Shown here: positions 58,714-64,000 of the stretch, piece after piece
How the letters are laid out: every line of letters begins with the position of its first letter
Numbering within the stretch: position 1 is the stretch's first letter
Source: the human T2T-CHM13v2.0 reference genome, Homo sapiens
Length of the DNA stretch: 64,000 nucleotides
Direction: 5' to 3' (one strand)
Assembly: GCF_009914755.1 (NCBI RefSeq)
Contig: NC_060926.1
The notes under the pieces: generated by a model
Told to the model about the DNA's origin: nothing
Seen by the model: only the letters and a program-made list of their open reading frames with translations
Databases searched by the model: none
Program-made: the position numbers and the translations under genes

Positions 58714-59414
58714 GGTATCTTGCCTGTCAACTAATTTATTCTTTTTGTGCTGTCCACTGCTGTTTATCAGAAGACTCACTCAGTTTAATGGATTTCATTA
58801 GTTTAAGGCACTTGTCTGAATTAGAACATTGGATACTTAATGTCCAGTGATTGCTGTTCTTCCCTCTGACTCATTCAGTTCCTCTGATGAATAATAGGAT
58901 TTTATGCAGTGTGTATTCCTGTTCTTACTTGTTGAATTAAGCACTTATCTTAGAATATAAACACACTGATATGAATGGAGTCTATTTTCAACCAACTTGG
59001 TGTAAGAATGTAAAGTCACAATCATGTACCTTGCCTTGGATTACAAAACCTTAGGCTACCATGTGTCATGCAGATGAAAATGTTGGTGTCTTGATGTCTT
59101 TCAGAAGCTAGTGTCCTATTTTTTAAAATTATAATGTCTTCTGAGAGGGAAGGCCTTAGGAGGTGTGTCAGTTATCAACTATAAGTGCTCTCAGTGTAAT
59201 ACTGAATCTGCAACATGGCCTGTGTAGTGTGACAGAACACAATGTTTTACCACAAGCACAATTCCATTTTCTCAAGACATATATGTGATGGTGAGTAAAT
59301 CAATAATTTTTTATTTGCTGATCCTGATATGATCTAAAATTTTTTGCTAGTTCCTCTTTTATTTTTGAAAAGTGTTCCAAGTTGTTGTAATGTTATCTTA
59401 ATTGACAGAAAGTA

Positions 59415-59752
59415 CAATCTGTCCCTGGTATCTGCAGGGGATTGGTTCCAGGACCCCAGGGCATACCAAAATCTGGGGATGCTCAAGTCCCTTATGTACA
59501 ATAGTATAGTATTTGCATATATCCTACACACATCCTTCCATGCACTTTAAATCATCTCTAGATTCCTTAAAATACCTAATAAAATGTAAATACTATGTAA
59601 TTGTTATTGTACTTTACTGTTTAGGGAACTATGACAAGAAACAAAAGTCTGTACATGTTCAGTAAGGATGCAATCATTGTAGACCTAACTACATTTTCAG
59701 TCTGCAGTTGGTTGAATCTGCAGGTGCTGAATCCAGCTATGAGGGCTGACTA
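59415..59752. mobile_element. MER2 (Tigger/mariner-type) MITE
   Basis: ggggattggttccaggacccc...gatgctcaagtcccttat...gttggttgaatctgcag; TA on both flanks. Confidence 0.85.
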
Positions 59753-59943
59753 TATCTGCAGATGTACACTTCAAGCTGCAAGATAATGATTTTTAGAAAC
59801 CACTTAACAAAAAATAAGAATGTGTGTTGTTTAGTATAAATCCAGATTATATTTCATGAAGCAAAAATAAATCTTCATAAGGAGACCTCTAGTTATCAGG
59901 TAGTTAAGATTTTCAGAATCAGTCATGTGATGCTATCAATCTA

Positions 59944-60266
<323 letters not shown>

Positions 60267-60961
60267 TCAAAGTTGATAGCACCTTAATCCATTTTTATAG
60301 GTTCTGCATATATAGAAAGTAACTTATCATCATTTGCCATGCTTACAGTTCTTTAATTGTACATAAGAATATGATCTTGGAAAAAAACTATCTTAAATAT
60401 TAATCACTTGCTACATAGTTTTACATAAGACTCCGCTGTAATTTTTTTAAACTTCATTTAGAAAATACAGTAACAACATCAATTATATTCATGTAGCTTT
60501 GACAAAATTTACTGGAATGTCTTCCGTGGTTTTGTTTTTCATTTAATGTGCATTAATTTTCATAATAATAAATTTGTTCTTCTTTGTTATATTTACTGTT
60601 AATTACACATATATAAAAATTTTCAGAGTTATTTTGGCATACATAGTAAATTGTAGTAATTATCAGGTAACAAAGTGAGTACTTTTTACTATTTTATGCT
60701 GGTTTACTTGTTTTTTATTTAATAAAGACCATATTTAAACATTTTCCTTTTTCTTCTAAATTTTGAAACCTAGATTTTTGATAATGTGGGATTTATGGTT
60801 TTGCTTCAGGTTTTAAAATACATATTGAATTTCAAAAATGCAAGATAAACCATTTTGTTTTGATAGGACAAAAATATAGTATGTTCATTTCTCCACTGGG
60901 TAAATATTGAGCATCTAAAATGTTCTAGTCACTGATCTAGGAGCTTATGTAAAACAGTTCT

Positions 60962-61250
60962 GTTTTTTTTCTCTTCAGCTTTTATTTTGATTTCTGGGGT
61001 ACATGTGCAGGATGCACAGGTTTGTTACATAGGTAAACATTTGCCATGATGGTTTGCTGCACAGATCAACCCGTCACCTAGGTATTAAGCCCAGCATCCA
61101 TTAGCTATTCTTCCTGATGCTCTCCCTCTGCCTACGCCCCGACCACTCACCACCGACAGGACCCAGTGTGTGTTGTTCCCCCCAGTGTGTCCATGTATTC
61201 TCATTGTTCAGCTCCCACTTGTAAGTGAGAACATATGGTGTTTGGTTTTC
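60962..61250 (-). mobile_element. Short L1PA10-like 3' end
   Basis: Antisense L1PA 3' UTR; TSD aaacagttct at 60952-60961 and 61251-61260. Confidence 0.88.
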
Positions 61251-61619
61251 AAACAGTTCTTCAGGTTCATTTACAATCATGGTGTTAAGTTAGCAAATCT
61301 TTGGAAGTAAATAAAACTAAAAACTATTATTCTGTTGTTGCTACCAGTGTCTAGTTAATCTTTAGGTACTTCTTTATGACAAAGTGATAAAGTGTTTTTA
61401 AATTAGCAGACTTAGGTTCTAGTTATGGTTATGCTAATTCTGTAGCATGACTTTGCATCAGCTAGTTGATTTTCCTGGGTTTCAGTTTCTTGTGAAAACA
61501 TGAAAAATACAGAGGTGGATTGCTTGTGCTCTGGGGGGTCTTGATTCACTGTGGAGAGATCTAGAGCAGAGAGCAGTGTCTTCATATTCATAAAGTCAGC
61601 TCAGTTATGTGCCTGCTAC

Positions 61620-62690
61620 CCTTCCTTAGCCTTCTTTTCTGTCTCCTCTTTTTCTTCCCTACTTGTAAATATTGCAGAGCCACGGGGCTCAGTTCTCAGA
61701 TCTCTTCCTTTCTGTTCTTATTTCTTAGGCGAGCTAATTCAATTTAATGGTTCAGATACATATGTTTAAGTGCCTCCACTTTGTGTAATAGGTAGATCAA
61801 ATTTACCACCTCTAAGTCAGAACTCTTGATTTTTATCATGAAAACAACTCTTTCCCAAGTGTTCTTTACCTCTGTAAATGACTCCACCATTCACATAGTA
61901 TTCAGGTGCTTCACCAAGAAGCACCTTTGACTCTTCTCTTTCCTTCACATCATTCATTCAGTCTATCAGCAGTCCTTGCCATTCCAACCTTTAAAATATA
62001 TTAGGAACCTGTTCATTTCTTAGGTCCTCTACCTTTGCCCTCTACCACCCCAGTCATAACCACCATCCTCTCTTGCCTGGAATACTGCAGTAGTTTCCCG
62101 ATATCCCTGTTTTCTCTTTTGTCCTCATGTAGTTCATTCTCCTCATAGCAACTGGAGCAATTCTTTAAAGATAAGTCGTTTCATGGTATCTTCTTACTCA
62201 TAACTTTCCAGTGGCTTCCTATAACAAACTGTCATGGCTTACAAGTTCCCTGACTTCATTTCCTACTATTTTCATTTTTACTATACCCCTTGAAGTGTAT
62301 CAATCTTCATTATGTTTTTGTGTTTTACCCAATATCCTAGCTTGTTTTCACATCAGGGCCTCAGCAAATATAAAGACATTTGCTATTTCCTCTTCCTTAA
62401 GTGTTCTTCCTTCAGATATGTGTGTGATATACCTCCTCAGAAATGCCGTCTCTGACCTCTCTACCTGTATGTTCAATCACTCTCTATATCCTTCTCTTTA
62501 TTTTTCTTCATGGCAATCACTTCCTGAAATTATAAATATATATTTGTTTACTGTCTTATCCACCAGCATATAAACCCCATGAAAGCAGAAACTCTCTGCT
62601 TGTTTACTACTGACTGAGTCTCTGGAACCTAGAACAGTGCTTGGCATATAGTAGGTATTCAGTGAATTTTTATTGATAGACAGTTTGAGT
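61620..62690 (+). mobile_element. L2 LINE 3' portion
   Basis: Ends acctagaacagtgcttggcatatagtaggtattcagtgaatttttattgat, the typical L2 3' end. Confidence 0.75.
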
Positions 62691-63529
62691 GAAATGGATG
62701 GCAATAGGACTGTTTTATTTATTTCTATTTAAACATGGTTTGTAGGAGCATCATCAGGAAATATTAGGGTCAAATTTTCCATTGGTTTATTATAATTACA
62801 AAGATTTATAACTTTGTCATAATGGAAAAATTTATAAACTACTATGTTCCTTACAGTATTTAAATAAGCTATTACCTAAACTTTTTGTTACTTATGCACC
62901 TACATCATTAAAATCAGAATAATGTTTTTGAAAATACATATTTTAAAATACAGCAGCTCACAAAAATCTGATGTGGTTATGGTTATATAGCTTTATGTTT
63001 AGATCTCAAACTGTTAATAATTAACAATGAAAAAAACAAAAAGGACTTTGAGACCGGCTGAGTTACAGAAAATGCCATTTGAGAAAAAGGTTGATGTAAA
63101 TCTTTTATGAATGAGCTCTGATTAAGTAATCCTCTTCATTGTTAGGAAAAAGATCTGGTGGAATTTGGCATTGCCCTTGAAAGTTATTTCAAATGCTCGT
63201 ATTCCCCCAAAGAGTTGTACAGAGTTGCCATTTAGCTTTGACTTAGAGTTACATGCAAAAGGTATTTTGCCTTGTTATGAAATAACTGACTTTCGAAAAT
63301 GGAATATGCATAGACAGATGTTAGAAAATATTATATAAATGTGTGAGATATGACAGGGAAAATATTCAGCAGGAATTTTATATATTATTGAAGGAAAAAT
63401 TCAGCTATTTAATATTAATTGACAGTGACTTTTACCAGCACATAGGATTTCTAGCCATTGTTGAATATCCTAAAGTAAAATTGATTTTTATGTCTATCTG
63501 AATAACTGATATCTCTAAAATGCTTAATA

Positions 63530-63730
63530 GCATGCAGATTTTTATACACACTACTTTAACCCTTGGAACAATCTTATGTGAGGTAGACAGTGTTATCCCT
63601 CCTTTTCAGATGAGGAAAGAGAGTTGGTTCAAAGGAGTTGCTGTAACTTGTACAACCAATAAACAGTGGAGTTTGAATTAGGCTCAGCTCTCCTGATCTT
63701 GAAATCTGAGCCCCTTTCACAACATAATGC
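63530..63730 (-). mobile_element. MIR SINE
   Basis: tttcagatgaggaaagagag...gtaacttgtacaac...gtttgaattagg core. Confidence 0.65.
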
Positions 63731-64000
63731 TAGTGATCCAAAGTTTAAATTGCCAGATGAGAACAGGCCCAAGACACTGTGGCATCTACATCTTCAGCAT
63801 TTGTGGAGGACTCTTGGTGTTTCTGGTTGAACTGAGTGATTGATTGACTAGAGCTAAGTGTCTTACAATGCGGAGCAGTCTGTATCTCAGGAATCTGATT
63901 GCAATAGAGTCTGATTAATATGAGTGTCATATTTTCATTGTTTCCTGAGGAAGTAATGTGCGTTGTTAATGGCAGGAAATTCTGACATATTTTAGTCTTG

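Overview
Primate (very probably human) AT-rich, repeat-dense genomic DNA covering the middle of APLF (aprataxin and PNKP-like factor) on the + strand. Six coding exons (3-8 by recalled numbering) splice in frame at GT-AG sites and encode the end of the FHA domain, the Ku-binding motif and most of the two PBZ zinc fingers. The most unusual object is a ~4.45 kb polyadenylated, TSD-flanked composite retrocopy in intron 6 (28783-33234). It consists of spliced SPTLC1 exons 1-3 joined to an exonised antisense Alu, an SVA2-type VNTR element nested in that Alu, and an intact 416-codon NPAP1/UPF0607-like ORF on the opposite strand. Intron 5 contains an L1PB whose (TA)n tract has become a ~2.4 kb AT-only minisatellite carrying a ~370 bp inverted copy of nearby unique DNA and short templated fragments. 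Intron 8 contains an orphan poly(A)+TSD insertion of non-L1 sequence and a 5'-inverted L1PB. Gene and repeat names come from recalled sequences, not database searches; boundaries and subfamilies of old repeats are approximate.
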